From Gemmatimonadota bacterium (lineage in GTDB: Bacteria; Gemmatimonadota; Gemmatimonadetes; Gemmatimonadales; Gemmatimonadaceae): 64,000 nucleotides of DNA. The stretch is taken from contig JAZJZK010000014.1 of NCBI GenBank assembly GCA_040389905.1, positions 241,070-305,069 on the forward strand. Reading direction: 5' to 3'. Each line of letters starts with the position of its first letter. The stretch's first letter is position 1. The position numbers were made by a program, and so were the translations under genes. This document shows positions 19,574 to 29,037 of the stretch, piece after piece. The notes under the pieces were generated by a model that ran no database searches, was not told the origin of the DNA, and saw only the letters and a list, made by a program, of their open reading frames with translations.

Positions 19574-19627
19574 CTCCTCTTGACAACTACAGGAGTCAGT
19601 TGCACCTTCTCTCGACAGCTACAGAAG
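19574..19627. promoter_or_regulatory. Two imperfect palindromic boxes, probable PadR operators
   Basis: ctcctcttgacaactacaggag (19574-19595) and cttctctcgacagctacagaag (19606-19627), 32 bp apart, just upstream of padR. Confidence 0.6.
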
Positions 19628-19649
19628 ACACCACACACCGATGTGACGC

Positions 19650-19988
19650 GTGCCGCCACGCCTCCAGACTGACGCCCTCCGGGGTTCGATCGATCTTCTG
19701 GTCCTCAAGACGCTGTCCCTCGAGACCATGCACGGTTGGGGGATCAGCCGCCGCATTCAGCAAATCTCCGACGGCGCCCTCGACGTGAATCAGGGGTCTC
19801 TGTACCCCGCCCTCCAACGTCTGGAAAAGGACGGGTTGATCGCGAGCGATTGGGGGACGACCGATAACAATCGCCGCGCGCGCTACTATCGCCTCACCGC
19901 GAGCGGCCGGCGTGCACTCGGCAAGGAGCTCGAAAGTTGGCGCCGTTTCGCCGCAGGGCTGGAGGCGGTATTGAGAAGCGCAACATGA
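19650..19988 (+). CDS. PadR-family regulator (acidobacterial type)
   Basis: GSIDLLVLKTL...MHGWGI...NQGSLYPALQRLE...NNRRARYYRLT. Confidence 0.93.
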   Translation: MPPRLQTDALRGSIDLLVLKTLSLETMHGWGISRRIQQISDGALDVNQGSLYPALQRLEKDGLIASDWGTTDNNRRARYYRLTASGRRALGKELESWRRFAAGLEAVLRSAT

Positions 19989-22639
19989 GCTGGATCGACG
20001 GCGCACTCGCGCGACTTCGACTCCTCGTTGCTCGGAACGCCGCGGAGGAGCGGATGGACAGCGAGTTCCATTTCCACATCGAGATGGAGACCGAACGCCT
20101 CGCGAGCGAGATGCAGGTGGAGCCCCGCGAGGCGAGACGACTCGCACTCGCGGCCTTCGGTGGCGTCGAGAATCACAAGGAAGCGCTGCGGCAGGGACGC
20201 GGCGCGGCGTGGCTCAGCGGCCTGTCGCTCGACCTCAAGCTCGGCGCACGAATGCTCGTCAAGTATCCCGGCCTCACGGTCGTCGGGACGTTTGCGCTCG
20301 CCGTGGCCATCGCGATCGGCGCGATCTACTTCGAGTTCGTGCGCGACCTCTACGATCCCGAGCTTCCTGTGGACCACGCAGCAGAGGTCGTGGGGATCAG
20401 GAACTGGAGCATCATCACCGGCCAGGCCGACGACCACGCGGCAAGCGACATCGTCCGTTGGAGGCACGAGCTCACGACGATACAGGACGTCAGCACACTC
20501 GCCCGGCTTGAAAGAAACCTGATCACCGATGACGGACGCTCGGAGCCCGTTGCCGGATCGGAAATGAGCGCGTCCGGGTTTCGCGTGATGCGCGTTCCGC
20601 CCTTGTTCGGACGTCCGCTCCTCGACTCCGATGAGGCGAGCGGCGCGCTTCCCGTTGTCGTGCTCACGTATGGCGTGTGGCAGACGCGGTTCGCCAGCGA
20701 CTCCAACATCATTGGACGCACCGTGAGGCTCGGTGCTTCGGTGCTTACCGTCGTCGGCGTCATGCCCGCGCACTTTCCCGGCCGGGGCGTCATCTCTCCG
20801 CTTCGCCTCGACGAGTTCGACACGCGCCCCGACAGCGACCGCTCGATTCTCGCCTTCGGCCGCCTGGCGCATGGCGCATCGATCGAGCAGGCGCAAACAG
20901 AACTCACCACGCTTGCCTCCAGACACGCCCACGAGGCGCAACACCAGCAGCGGAACGTCCGCACGATCGTCAAACCGTTTCTTGAATCGGTTCGCGGCAA
21001 GTCGCTTGGTGAGGATGCCCTGGAACGGAACATCGTGTATGCGACGAATCTCTTCTTCATTGGCCTGCTTGCGGTCTGCTGCGTCAACGTCGCGACGCTC
21101 GTGTTCGCGCGGACGGTAACGCGTGAAGGCGAAATGGCCGTCCGCACCGCTCTCGGCGCCAGCCGCAAGCGCATCGTGATGCAGTTGTTCGCCGAGGCGG
21201 CGGTGTTCACCACGGTGGCATCGACAATCGGCCTGGTGGTGGCGATAGCCGGCATGCGATGGGTGCGCGCGGTGATCGGCACGGCGACCGAACAATCGTT
21301 GCCCACCTGGAGCAGTGACCTTTCAACCTCCACGATGATCTACGTCGCTGTCCTCGCGGTGCTGTCGGCGCTCCTCGTCGGAGTTCTGCCGGCGCTCAAG
21401 GCCACCGGCAGTGGTTTCGAAGCTCGACTCAAGCGTGCCGCGCCTAGCGGATCCGCAATGCAATTCGGGGGCATGTGGACGGGCGTGATCGTCTCACAAG
21501 TTGGGCTCACCGTGATCTTTCTTCTGATCGTCGTATCGATTGGATGGAATGTGCACATCGGCCGATTCGGCGGCGACGCGCTTGCGCTTCCCGCGAAGGA
21601 GTACCTCACGCTGCGCGTGGAAACAGACGGCCCCTCGCGAAGTCGGGTGGCCCTCGCGGAGCGCATCTCGTCAGACCCCAGCGTTTCCGGCGTCACGCTC
21701 GCGAGTCGCCTGCCGGGCATGGATCATCCGTCCGTCTGGGTCCAGCCAGATGCGGATGGCGGGTCTGGCAGGGCGCAGTATGCGCGAGGCGCGTTCGTGG
21801 ACGACCAGTTCTTCGGTGTTTTCAACGCGACGCTCCTCGCCGGCCGCGAGTTTAGTCCATCCGACGCCGAGCCGAAGCGACGTGTCGCGATCGTCAACGA
21901 GTCGTTCGTCAAACGCGTGTTCGGTGCGCCGGATGCCGTAGGTCGCCGAGTCCGGATCGGGGCATCAGCGCCAGATGGGACCCCAGCCCCCGCGTATGAG
22001 ATCATCGGCGTGGTCAGAGACCTCACGACTGCACGCGACACATCCGCGACGCGTGCGACGCTCTATCGTCCGGCATCGCGGTCCGACGCGCGCCTGAGCC
22101 AGTTGGCTGCGCACGCGACCAATCCGAAGGCGTTGGCAACCCGCGTCCGCGGCATCGCGAGCGCCGCCGATCCGTCGCTACGGCTCTATGACATCGTACC
22201 GATGAATGAGCTCGGCAAGGCAGAGGAAGCGCTGATCCTCAACCTGATCGTCCGCGTGCTTGCCATTGTCGGGGCGATCGCGCTCGTGCTCTCGACGGCC
22301 GGCGTCTATTCGCTGTTGTCGTTCACCGTCGCCCGACGCACGCGAGAAATTGGAATTCGCGTCGCGCTCGGCGCCGAGAAGCGCCGTATCATCTCGGCCA
22401 CCTTCTCGCGCGGCATTCGGCAGATCGGGCTCGGTATCCTCGCCGGAAGTGTACCCGGAACGGCACTCGTGGTCTGGGGCGCGCCGGAAGTTGCTGAGGG
22501 CGCTGGTGCGTCGGGCGGGCTTGTGGCCGTTGCGGTGGTTGGCGCGTTCATGATGCTCGTCGGCGCAATGGCGTGCGTCGTTCCGGCGATGCGCGCGCTC
22601 CGCATCGAACCCACCATCGCACTCAAGACGGACGGGTAG
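19985..22639 (+). CDS. ADOP/MacB-like duplicated ABC permease
   Basis: Permease prefix (EFHFHIEMET...FGG); two FtsX domains (REGEMAVRTALGA, RTREIGIRVALGA); ATGA overlap with padR. Confidence 0.9.
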   Translation: MSWIDGALARLRLLVARNAAEERMDSEFHFHIEMETERLASEMQVEPREARRLALAAFGGVENHKEALRQGRGAAWLSGLSLDLKLGARMLVKYPGLTVVGTFALAVAIAIGAIYFEFVRDLYDPELPVDHAAEVVGIRNWSIITGQADDHAASDIVRWRHELTTIQDVSTLARLERNLITDDGRSEPVAGSEMSASGFRVMRVPPLFGRPLLDSDEASGALPVVVLTYGVWQTRFASDSNIIGRTVRLGASVLTVVGVMPAHFPGRGVISPLRLDEFDTRPDSDRSILAFGRLAHGASIEQAQTELTTLASRHAHEAQHQQRNVRTIVKPFLESVRGKSLGEDALERNIVYATNLFFIGLLAVCCVNVATLVFARTVTREGEMAVRTALGASRKRIVMQLFAEAAVFTTVASTIGLVVAIAGMRWVRAVIGTATEQSLPTWSSDLSTSTMIYVAVLAVLSALLVGVLPALKATGSGFEARLKRAAPSGSAMQFGGMWTGVIVSQVGLTVIFLLIVVSIGWNVHIGRFGGDALALPAKEYLTLRVETDGPSRSRVALAERISSDPSVSGVTLASRLPGMDHPSVWVQPDADGGSGRAQYARGAFVDDQFFGVFNATLLAGREFSPSDAEPKRRVAIVNESFVKRVFGAPDAVGRRVRIGASAPDGTPAPAYEIIGVVRDLTTARDTSATRATLYRPASRSDARLSQLAAHATNPKALATRVRGIASAADPSLRLYDIVPMNELGKAEEALILNLIVRVLAIVGAIALVLSTAGVYSLLSFTVARRTREIGIRVALGAEKRRIISATFSRGIRQIGLGILAGSVPGTALVVWGAPEVAEGAGASGGLVAVAVVGAFMMLVGAMACVVPAMRALRIEPTIALKTDG

Positions 22640-22645
22640 GAGGGG

Positions 22646-24262
22646 CTACCACTCCGTTGGTTTGTAGTCCTTGAGGAACTGCCCCCAAATGTGATTGCCG
22701 GTGTTGATCCCGTCGATGATCGGATCGACGATGCGCGCCGCGCCGTCCACGATATCGAGCGGCGGATGGAAGCGGTGGTCCGACACCTTCCGCGCCGCGA
22801 TCTCCGCCGGATCCTCGTCCGTTACCCAGCCCGTGTCCACGCTGTTCATGTGGATGCCATCGTTGAAGTAGTCGGCGGCCGCGGTGCGCGTCATCATGTT
22901 GAGCGACGCCTTTGCCATGTTCGTGTGCGGATGGCGCGTCGTCTTGAAGTTGCGGTAGAACTGTCCTTCCACAGCGGAGACGTTGACGATGTGCTTGTCG
23001 CGCGTTGGCACACGCTGCATGAGCGGCTTGAGCCGCGCATTGATGAGAAATGGTGCCACCGCGTTCACCAGGTGCACTTCGAGCAATTCAACCGCTGGCA
23101 CCTCGTGCATCAGCAAGCGCCACGAGTTCCGTTCCCGTAAGTCGATTTGCTGAAGGTCCTGATCGAGCCGCCCCTCGGGAAAGAGATGCGCCCGCGCCGT
23201 CATCTCCTCGGCGAGCAATGGCACCTGCGACAGTGCCGCGGCATGCGTCAGACCGGCGATCTCCCCGATGTCGCGCGGTGTCGCGCCCTTTGCCAGTGCG
23301 GTAACCGCTTCCTCTGGAGCCGCGCTTCCGGGCAACATGTCGTAGCCACGCACTCCCTCATACTTGCCAACGAGCCGTCGCACGTGCTCTGGCATGCTGC
23401 CGAGCGCCGCCGTTTCCAGCTCCATCATATGCTTGTAAAAGTCCGGTGGCCGACGCACCGTCTGGCAGGCGTTGTTGACGATGAAGTCGAGACGATCGTG
23501 CGTGGCGAGCAACTGCTGGCAGAATGCTTCGACGCTCGGCGTATGCCGCAGGTCGAGTCCGAATACCTCGAGACGATGTCCCCACTCCGCGAAGTCAGGC
23601 TCTGCCGCGTAGCGCGCCGCCGAATCACGCGGAAAACGCGTGGTGACGACGAGGTGCGCACCGGCGCGGAGCAGCTTGATGCCCGCTTGATAGCCGATCT
23701 TGACGCGTCCGCCGGTGAGCAGCGCGACACGACCGCGAAGATCTGCCAGTTCACCGCGCTTCGCGTAGTTGAACGCGGCGCACGTGGGACACAGCTGATC
23801 GTAGAAGTGATGGAGCACCGTGTACTGCCGCTTGCAGGTGTAGCAGTGCTTCTGCTCGGTCTCCTCGCCCGCTTCTGAGGCGTCGGTGGCGTTGCCGGCG
23901 GTGGCGCCGTCCGGCAGGTAATAGTTGGGCGTTGTAAAGACGGTCTGCTTCCGAAGCTGGCGGATGCCCGTTGTCGCCAACTGCGCCTCGATCTCGCCGA
24001 CACGTTCGCGGCGCTGCGCCTTCTTCAGTCGTTTGGTGGCCTTGACCAGTTGGCGACGCGTGATGGCATCGGGACGCGATACCTCCCCAGCGGCACGGAG
24101 CAGGCGATTCCGTTCGGACTCGGCCACGTCCAGCAGTTGGTCGCGATCTGCGGCAAACGCCTCGAGCAACGCGATCGCGTCGCGGACTCGACTGTCGAGG
24201 TCGGGTGGGGTGTTGATCTCGAGCGGAGTGGCGCGCGACGCGCCTTCGGAACGGTGTGGCAT
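22646..24262 (-). CDS. Atypical SDR oxidoreductase with N-terminal CxxC..CxxC region
   Basis: ALLTGGRVKIG, IVNNACQT, IVNVSAVEG, HPHTNMAKA; CYTCK...LCPTC. Confidence 0.85.
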   Translation of the reverse strand: MPHRSEGASRATPLEINTPPDLDSRVRDAIALLEAFAADRDQLLDVAESERNRLLRAAGEVSRPDAITRRQLVKATKRLKKAQRRERVGEIEAQLATTGIRQLRKQTVFTTPNYYLPDGATAGNATDASEAGEETEQKHCYTCKRQYTVLHHFYDQLCPTCAAFNYAKRGELADLRGRVALLTGGRVKIGYQAGIKLLRAGAHLVVTTRFPRDSAARYAAEPDFAEWGHRLEVFGLDLRHTPSVEAFCQQLLATHDRLDFIVNNACQTVRRPPDFYKHMMELETAALGSMPEHVRRLVGKYEGVRGYDMLPGSAAPEEAVTALAKGATPRDIGEIAGLTHAAALSQVPLLAEEMTARAHLFPEGRLDQDLQQIDLRERNSWRLLMHEVPAVELLEVHLVNAVAPFLINARLKPLMQRVPTRDKHIVNVSAVEGQFYRNFKTTRHPHTNMAKASLNMMTRTAAADYFNDGIHMNSVDTGWVTDEDPAEIAARKVSDHRFHPPLDIVDGAARIVDPIIDGINTGNHIWGQFLKDYKPTEW

Positions 24263-24366
24263 AGCCAGGAAAGATAACGCTCACTCGCCCGGCACGATGG
24301 CATCAGCGATCACTCGCAGGCGCGATCGCTTGCAGACGCGGCCCCTCCCTTGCCCTCACACGGGGC

Positions 24367-25572
24367 ATGGATCTCCGCTCTGGGTTGCCGTTCTGGACCG
24401 TGAACGATGGCCTCATTCGCACTTACCCACGCCTGGATGAGGACGTCCGGTGCACCGTCGCGGTAGTTGGTGGCGGCATCACGGGCGCGCTCGTTGGATA
24501 TCACCTGACCGAGGCCGGCATCGACGCCGTGGTGCTGGACAAGCGCGAAGTTGGTTGGGGGAGCACGGCTGCGTCCACCGCCCTCCTTCAGTACGAGTTG
24601 GATACGACGCTGTCCGATCTGACAGCGCGGCGTGGTGCGGAGGTCGCCTCACGGGCGTACCTCGCCTGTCGCGATGCGGTGAAACGCCTCGGTGCGATGG
24701 CGAACGGCCTTGCCATGCCGACAATGTTCGAGCAGAAGCAGAGCCTCTACCTCGCCGGCACGGAACGCGACCGAGACGTGTTGCAACGAGAATGCGAACT
24801 GCGCCGAGCGATCGGGATCTCAGTCGACTTCCTCGTCGAATCGGATATCGCCGAACAGTTCCCGTTTCGCCGGCCAGCCGCGTTGCTCTCGGCGGACGCG
24901 GCACAGGTGGACGCGTACGCATTGACGCATGCGCTATTCGACGACGCCACGCGTCGCGGGCTGCGCGTGTTCGACCGGACGAATGTGACACATCTCGATG
25001 CGACGAGTGCTGGGGTGGCCCTCACGACCGCCGACGGCTGCATAGTTCGCGCGCGGTTCCTCGTCTTCGCGACGGGCTACGAGACGCACGACTATCTCGC
25101 AACGCCGGTCGCGACGCTGGCCAGCACCTACGCAATCGCGAGCGAGCCCCTGCCCTCCATCGACAATTGGGGTCACGACCAGTGCATTATCTGGGAGCAT
25201 GCGCGGCCCTACCTCTACCTCCGCACAACGTCCGACCATCGTGTCATCATCGGGGGCGAAGATGAGGCATTCCGTGACGGCGACGCGCGCGATCGTCTGA
25301 TTCCGGAGAAGGCCGAGCGACTCGTGGAACGTTTTTCCTCGCTCTTTCCGGATGTGCGGTTCGAGATCGCGTTTGCGTGGGCGGGCACCTTCGGCGAAAC
25401 GGCCGATGGGCTTGCGTATATCGGCGATCAGTCCGATTGGCCGAGCACATTTTTCGCGCTCGGTTATGGCGGTAATGGAATCACGTTCAGCCTGCTCGCT
25501 GCCGAGATCATCCGCGATGCGATACTCGGGAAGCGACATGCGGATGCTGAGTTGTTTCGATTTGGGCGATAG
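24367..25572 (+). CDS. FAD-dependent oxidoreductase (DAO/YhfW-like, no Rieske domain)
   Basis: VVGGGITG, GSTAAST, WAGTFGETADGL, GYGGNGIT. Confidence 0.9.
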   Translation: MDLRSGLPFWTVNDGLIRTYPRLDEDVRCTVAVVGGGITGALVGYHLTEAGIDAVVLDKREVGWGSTAASTALLQYELDTTLSDLTARRGAEVASRAYLACRDAVKRLGAMANGLAMPTMFEQKQSLYLAGTERDRDVLQRECELRRAIGISVDFLVESDIAEQFPFRRPAALLSADAAQVDAYALTHALFDDATRRGLRVFDRTNVTHLDATSAGVALTTADGCIVRARFLVFATGYETHDYLATPVATLASTYAIASEPLPSIDNWGHDQCIIWEHARPYLYLRTTSDHRVIIGGEDEAFRDGDARDRLIPEKAERLVERFSSLFPDVRFEIAFAWAGTFGETADGLAYIGDQSDWPSTFFALGYGGNGITFSLLAAEIIRDAILGKRHADAELFRFGR

Positions 25573-25627
25573 GTCCGTGCCGCTTGCTCTCGTCTTGCCA
25601 GTTCCACGCATTCATCACGGAACTGCA

Positions 25628-25730
25628 ACTGCCGAGCAGATTTCACGGATTTAACGGAATGTCGGATACAACGAATTGATGTGTGATCCGTTCAAATCGT
25701 GCGCATCCGTTAAATCCGCTCCTTGGCAGT
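25628..25730. repeat. Palindromic intergenic element (CGGATTT../..AATCCG family), copy 1
   Basis: actgccgag...cggatttaacgga / tccgttaaatccg...cttggcagt, between convergent genes. Confidence 0.7.
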
Positions 25731-25752
25731 ATAGAAGACGGCCGCGGCACTT

Positions 25753-27252
25753 CTACTCGATCGGACTCAACGGCGCCTCAGCTGGCCCGCCGAGTACCAG
25801 CCCCTCGGGCGTGAAGCGCGATCCGTGGCAGGGACAGTCCCATGTCGATTCGGCATTGTTCCAGCGCACGAGGCATCCCAGGTGTGTGCACACCGCACTG
25901 ACCTTGTAGAGCCTTCCTGTGCTCGTGCGGTGACACGCGACGCGCTTCCCATCGATCGTGAGGACCTTCCCCTCCCCGCGTGCGACGCACTCGACGTCGT
26001 CGTCCGCGACACCGCGCAGACGATCGGCGACAAAATGCAGTGGAAGATCGACGTTCTCGGCAGCGAATGTCGCCAGTGCATCGAGCGATGATGCCTTCCT
26101 GTTGGGGTCGAACAACTTCGCGAGCGGATGTTCCACGCCCGTAATGGCATCGCGAATCATGATGCCGGCGAGTGTGCCGAAGGTGAGTCCGTTTCCCGAG
26201 TATCCTGTCGCGACGTACTGGTGCTCGTCCGTCGGTCCGACGAACGGCAGTCCGTCGTCCGTCTCGATCACCTGTCCCGACCATCGACGCTGAATGCGTG
26301 CTTTCGGCATCAGCGCCAACAACGCCTCCTCGAGACGGGCGAAGCGCGCACGCGTATCGCTCTCCTGACCGGTCTTGTGATCCTCTCCACCGAAGATCGC
26401 ATGTCGCCCGTCGCGATCGTCGTGGACGCGCAGGAAGTAATACGGATCGGAGCCGTCGGAATACAGGCCCGGCGCGATCGACTCATCGATGAGCGCGTCG
26501 ACGACGTACGGCGAGTACGGATAGAGCTTCGTCTGAAGCAGCGTGGCGCTGAGGAGGTTGGTGCTGCCGGTCATCGGAACGTGCGTCGCGATGACGACGT
26601 CGTCGCACGCGATGGTTTCTCCATTGACCACGACGGCGAGCGGATCCTGCATGACGCTTCCGACCTCGCACATTTCGTGGATGGACGAGCCACTCCCTTC
26701 GATCGCGATGGCCAGAACCGCGAGGTACGCCAGCGGTTGGATGATCGCCTGATCCGCAAACGCGATCGCGGGTTTTCCGGTGACAGGCCCTTGCTCGACG
26801 AACCGTGCCTCGAATCCCAGACGCACTGCGAAGGCGGCGTCTTCCTGGAGCGACGGCGCGTCGTCGCGGCCGCCAAAGAAGGGAGCGCACTGAAAGCCCG
26901 GCACGCGATGAAATCCACAGGACGAGCCGGCCGCGTGTGTCTCGATGAGATCGATTGCGTCGGCGCCACCGTTCCACACCTGCCGCGCGGCGTTCTCCCC
27001 GAACTTCTTCGCCATGTCGCGGAGCGAGCGGTCGGTGACGTACGTCAGGTGTGCCGACGTGTTTCCTGTTTCACCAGAGCCGATGCGCTCGCGTTCGAAA
27101 ACCGCGACGCGCTTCCCTTGTCGCTTGAGGAGCAATGCGGCGGTGAGTCCCGTGATCCCGCCGCCGATGACGACGACGTCAACCTGTGTTGGAAGCGGCG
27201 TCGCGCCGAAGCGCGGAGTCTCGAGAAGCCGCCAGAGTGATTGGTCGCTCAT
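25753..27252 (-). CDS. FAD-dependent oxidoreductase with C-terminal Rieske domain (YhfW-like)
   Basis: [14 protein letters not shown]...[11 protein letters not shown]ieske motifs. Confidence 0.93.
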   Translation of the reverse strand: MSDQSLWRLLETPRFGATPLPTQVDVVVIGGGITGLTAALLLKRQGKRVAVFERERIGSGETGNTSAHLTYVTDRSLRDMAKKFGENAARQVWNGGADAIDLIETHAAGSSCGFHRVPGFQCAPFFGGRDDAPSLQEDAAFAVRLGFEARFVEQGPVTGKPAIAFADQAIIQPLAYLAVLAIAIEGSGSSIHEMCEVGSVMQDPLAVVVNGETIACDDVVIATHVPMTGSTNLLSATLLQTKLYPYSPYVVDALIDESIAPGLYSDGSDPYYFLRVHDDRDGRHAIFGGEDHKTGQESDTRARFARLEEALLALMPKARIQRRWSGQVIETDDGLPFVGPTDEHQYVATGYSGNGLTFGTLAGIMIRDAITGVEHPLAKLFDPNRKASSLDALATFAAENVDLPLHFVADRLRGVADDDVECVARGEGKVLTIDGKRVACHRTSTGRLYKVSAVCTHLGCLVRWNNAESTWDCPCHGSRFTPEGLVLGGPAEAPLSPIE

Positions 27253-27343
27253 ATGTCACGGCGTAGAAGGTCTACGCGCGCGACAATGCATAGAGTACGC
27301 CCGACAAATCTGGCGCCGTCGTTCGGGCGGACTCCAGAAACGA

Positions 27344-27374
27344 CAAAGCCAGACGCTTGTTGATGCGTCTGGCT
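27344..27374 (-). terminator. Intrinsic terminator after the tRNA cluster
   Basis: Stem agccagacgc/gcgtctggct with a T-rich tail on the minus strand, 18 nt after tRNA-Thr. Confidence 0.6.
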
Positions 27375-27391
27375 GTGTAATGGCTGATGAG

Positions 27392-27463
27392 AGCCACAGG
27401 TCGGGATTGAACCGACGACCGCTCGATTACGAATCGAGTGCTCTACCACTGAGCTACTGTGGC
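27392..27463 (-). tRNA. tRNA-Thr(CGT)
   Basis: Anticodon arm CTCGA-TTCGTAA-TCGAG. Confidence 0.96.
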
Positions 27464-27490
27464 GACGTACTGTCGAACAAGAAACCTGCA

Positions 27491-27572
27491 TGCCCTGGCG
27501 CGGATTCGAACCGCGACGCCTTGCGGCACCACCCCCTCAAGATGGCGTGTCTACCAGTTTCACCACCAGGGC
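27491..27572 (-). tRNA. tRNA-Leu(GAG)
   Basis: Anticodon arm CCATC-TTGAGGG-GGTGG; long variable arm. Confidence 0.96.
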
Positions 27573-27590
27573 AACGCACCTGCTAACCAA

Positions 27591-27664
27591 CGGGGCCGAC
27601 GGGGCTCGAACCCGCAACCTCTCGAGTGACAGTCGAGTGCTCTAACCAGTTGAGCTACGGCCCC
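27591..27664 (-). tRNA. tRNA-Asp(GTC)
   Basis: Anticodon arm CTCGA-CTGTCAC-TCGAG. Confidence 0.96.
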
Positions 27665-27762
27665 TCGAACCAATTGGGGCTCACATGACCTGCTACCGCT
27701 TGGAATCCGATGTCCTGCACTGCGAGTCACCGCAGCTCCGTGCACCTACACCTACAAACTCA

Positions 27763-27835
27763 TAGCCCGTACGGGAGTCGAACCCGTCTCTGCACCGTGA
27801 AAGGGTGCCGTCCTAAACCGATAGACGAACGGGCC
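27763..27835 (-). tRNA. tRNA-Glu(TTC)
   Basis: Anticodon arm GCACC-CTTTCAC-GGTGC. Confidence 0.96.
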
Positions 27836-27854
27836 GGAAATCACTGAGCGACAA

Positions 27855-27927
27855 TAGCGGTAACGGGATTCGAACCCGTGTTCCAGCCTTGAGAGGGCCG
27901 TGTCCTAGTCCCCTAGACGATACCGCC
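27855..27927 (-). tRNA. tRNA-Glu(CTC)
   Basis: Anticodon arm CGGCC-CTCTCAA-GGCTG. Confidence 0.96.
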
Positions 27928-28006
27928 GTGGTTTTCCGCCTTCGGCGGGGACGCCGTTGACGATACTGCCCAACGCACTGTCAAACATCTTCCAACCCTA
28001 CCCCGA

Positions 28007-28079
28007 CAGGCCCGGAGGGAATCGAACCCCCAACCGCCGGTTTTGGAGACCGGTGCTCTACCAATTGAGCTACGGACCT
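28007..28079 (-). tRNA. tRNA-Trp(CCA)
   Basis: Anticodon arm CCGGT-CTCCAAA-ACCGG. Confidence 0.96.
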
Positions 28080-28139
28080 AAACCGTCGAGCAGCGCAATC
28101 CGGCACTGCGCCGAACGCGCTGCTCGCCGCCGAACGAGG

Positions 28140-28214
28140 GGTGGCTGACGGGAATTGAACCCGCAACCCCCGGTGCCACAGACCGGTGCTCTAACCAATT
28201 GAGCTACAGCCACC
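28140..28214 (-). tRNA. tRNA-His(GTG)
   Basis: Anticodon arm CCGGT-CTGTGGC-ACCGG; encoded G-1 opposite C73. Confidence 0.96.
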
Positions 28215-28247
28215 ATGATCTCTGCCTCAATACCGCAGAGAGCTTGG

Positions 28248-28276
28248 ATTGTAATCAGCCGACCCCCGCATATCAA
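28248..28276 (-). promoter_or_regulatory. Sigma70 promoter of the tRNA cluster
   Basis: TTGATA-N17-TACAAT, ~33 nt upstream of tRNA-His. Confidence 0.75.
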
Positions 28277-28304
28277 CCGCTAGCGACCAGGGCGGACGCG
28301 AAAA

Positions 28305-28874
28305 TCAGCTCTTGTTGGCGCGTTCGATGTACTCACCCGTGCCCGGATTGACGCGAATCTTGTCGCCAGTGGCCACGAATTCCGGCACGTTCACCGTCAC
28401 GCCATTCTCGAGCTTGGCTGGCTTGCTGGACGCCGTCTTGGTGGCCGTCTTCATCACCGGGTTCGTTTCGACAATCGTCAGCGTCATGCTGTTCGGCAGG
28501 CGCACGCCAATGGGTTTCCCGTCGTAGAACTCCGCCTGGATCTTCATGCCGGGCTGCATCCACGGCGCATTGTCGCCGAGTGCCTCCTCGTCCATTTCGA
28601 TCTGGTCGTAGTTGGACGAGTTCATGAAATGATACGTGCCGCCAGCATCGTACATGTATTCGAGTTCGTGCGTCTCCATGAACGCCGGCTCGATGGAGTC
28701 GGCGGCGCGGAAACGATGGTCGAAGCTCGAGCCAGTCCGGAGACTCTTGAGCTTGGCCTGCACCATGGCGCGGAGATTTCCGGGCGTATGGTGGCGAAAC
28801 TCGACAACGCGGACGGGCTCGCCTTCGAAGACGATGACCATGCCGCGGCGGATTTGCGTGGCTGGAACAGCCAT
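28305..28874 (-). CDS. efp: Translation elongation factor P
   Basis: IRRGMVI...HHTPGNLRAMVQAKLK...KPAKLENGVTVNVPEFVATGDKIRVN..TGEYIERA. Confidence 0.97.
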   Translation of the reverse strand: MAVPATQIRRGMVIVFEGEPVRVVEFRHHTPGNLRAMVQAKLKSLRTGSSFDHRFRAADSIEPAFMETHELEYMYDAGGTYHFMNSSNYDQIEMDEEALGDNAPWMQPGMKIQAEFYDGKPIGVRLPNSMTLTIVETNPVMKTATKTASSKPAKLENGVTVNVPEFVATGDKIRVNPGTGEYIERANKS

Positions 28875-28913
28875 TTGTACACCTACAGTGAACGTAAAGT
28901 TAGATAGCCTTGG

Positions 28914-28942
28914 AACTTAGCCTGTCTCGGGCGACGGAGCAA
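28914..28942 (-). promoter_or_regulatory. Putative sigma70 promoter of efp
   Basis: TTGCTC-N17-TAAGTT. Confidence 0.45.
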
Positions 28943-28947
28943 GTGAT

Positions 28948-29037
28948 GGGGACAGGGGTCAGGAGTCAGGGGACAGGAACGGCCATGCCCCTCCTATCCG
29001 CGGTTCCCTGTCCCCTGTCCCCTGTCACCTGTCCCCC
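28948..29037. repeat. Inverted arrays of 7-bp tandem repeats (GGGGACA / TGTCCCC)
   Basis: ggggacaggggtcaggagtcaggggacaggaac ... gttccctgtcccctgtcccctgtcacctgtcccc. Confidence 0.85.

Noticed and set aside
27962..27985. TTGACA inside the tRNA cluster as an internal promoter
   Set aside because: No acceptable -10 box at 16-18 nt spacing
27249..28276. Small ORFs across the tRNA cluster (also 12461..13189 and 62788..63471)
   Set aside because: They overlap tRNA genes or run antisense to real genes
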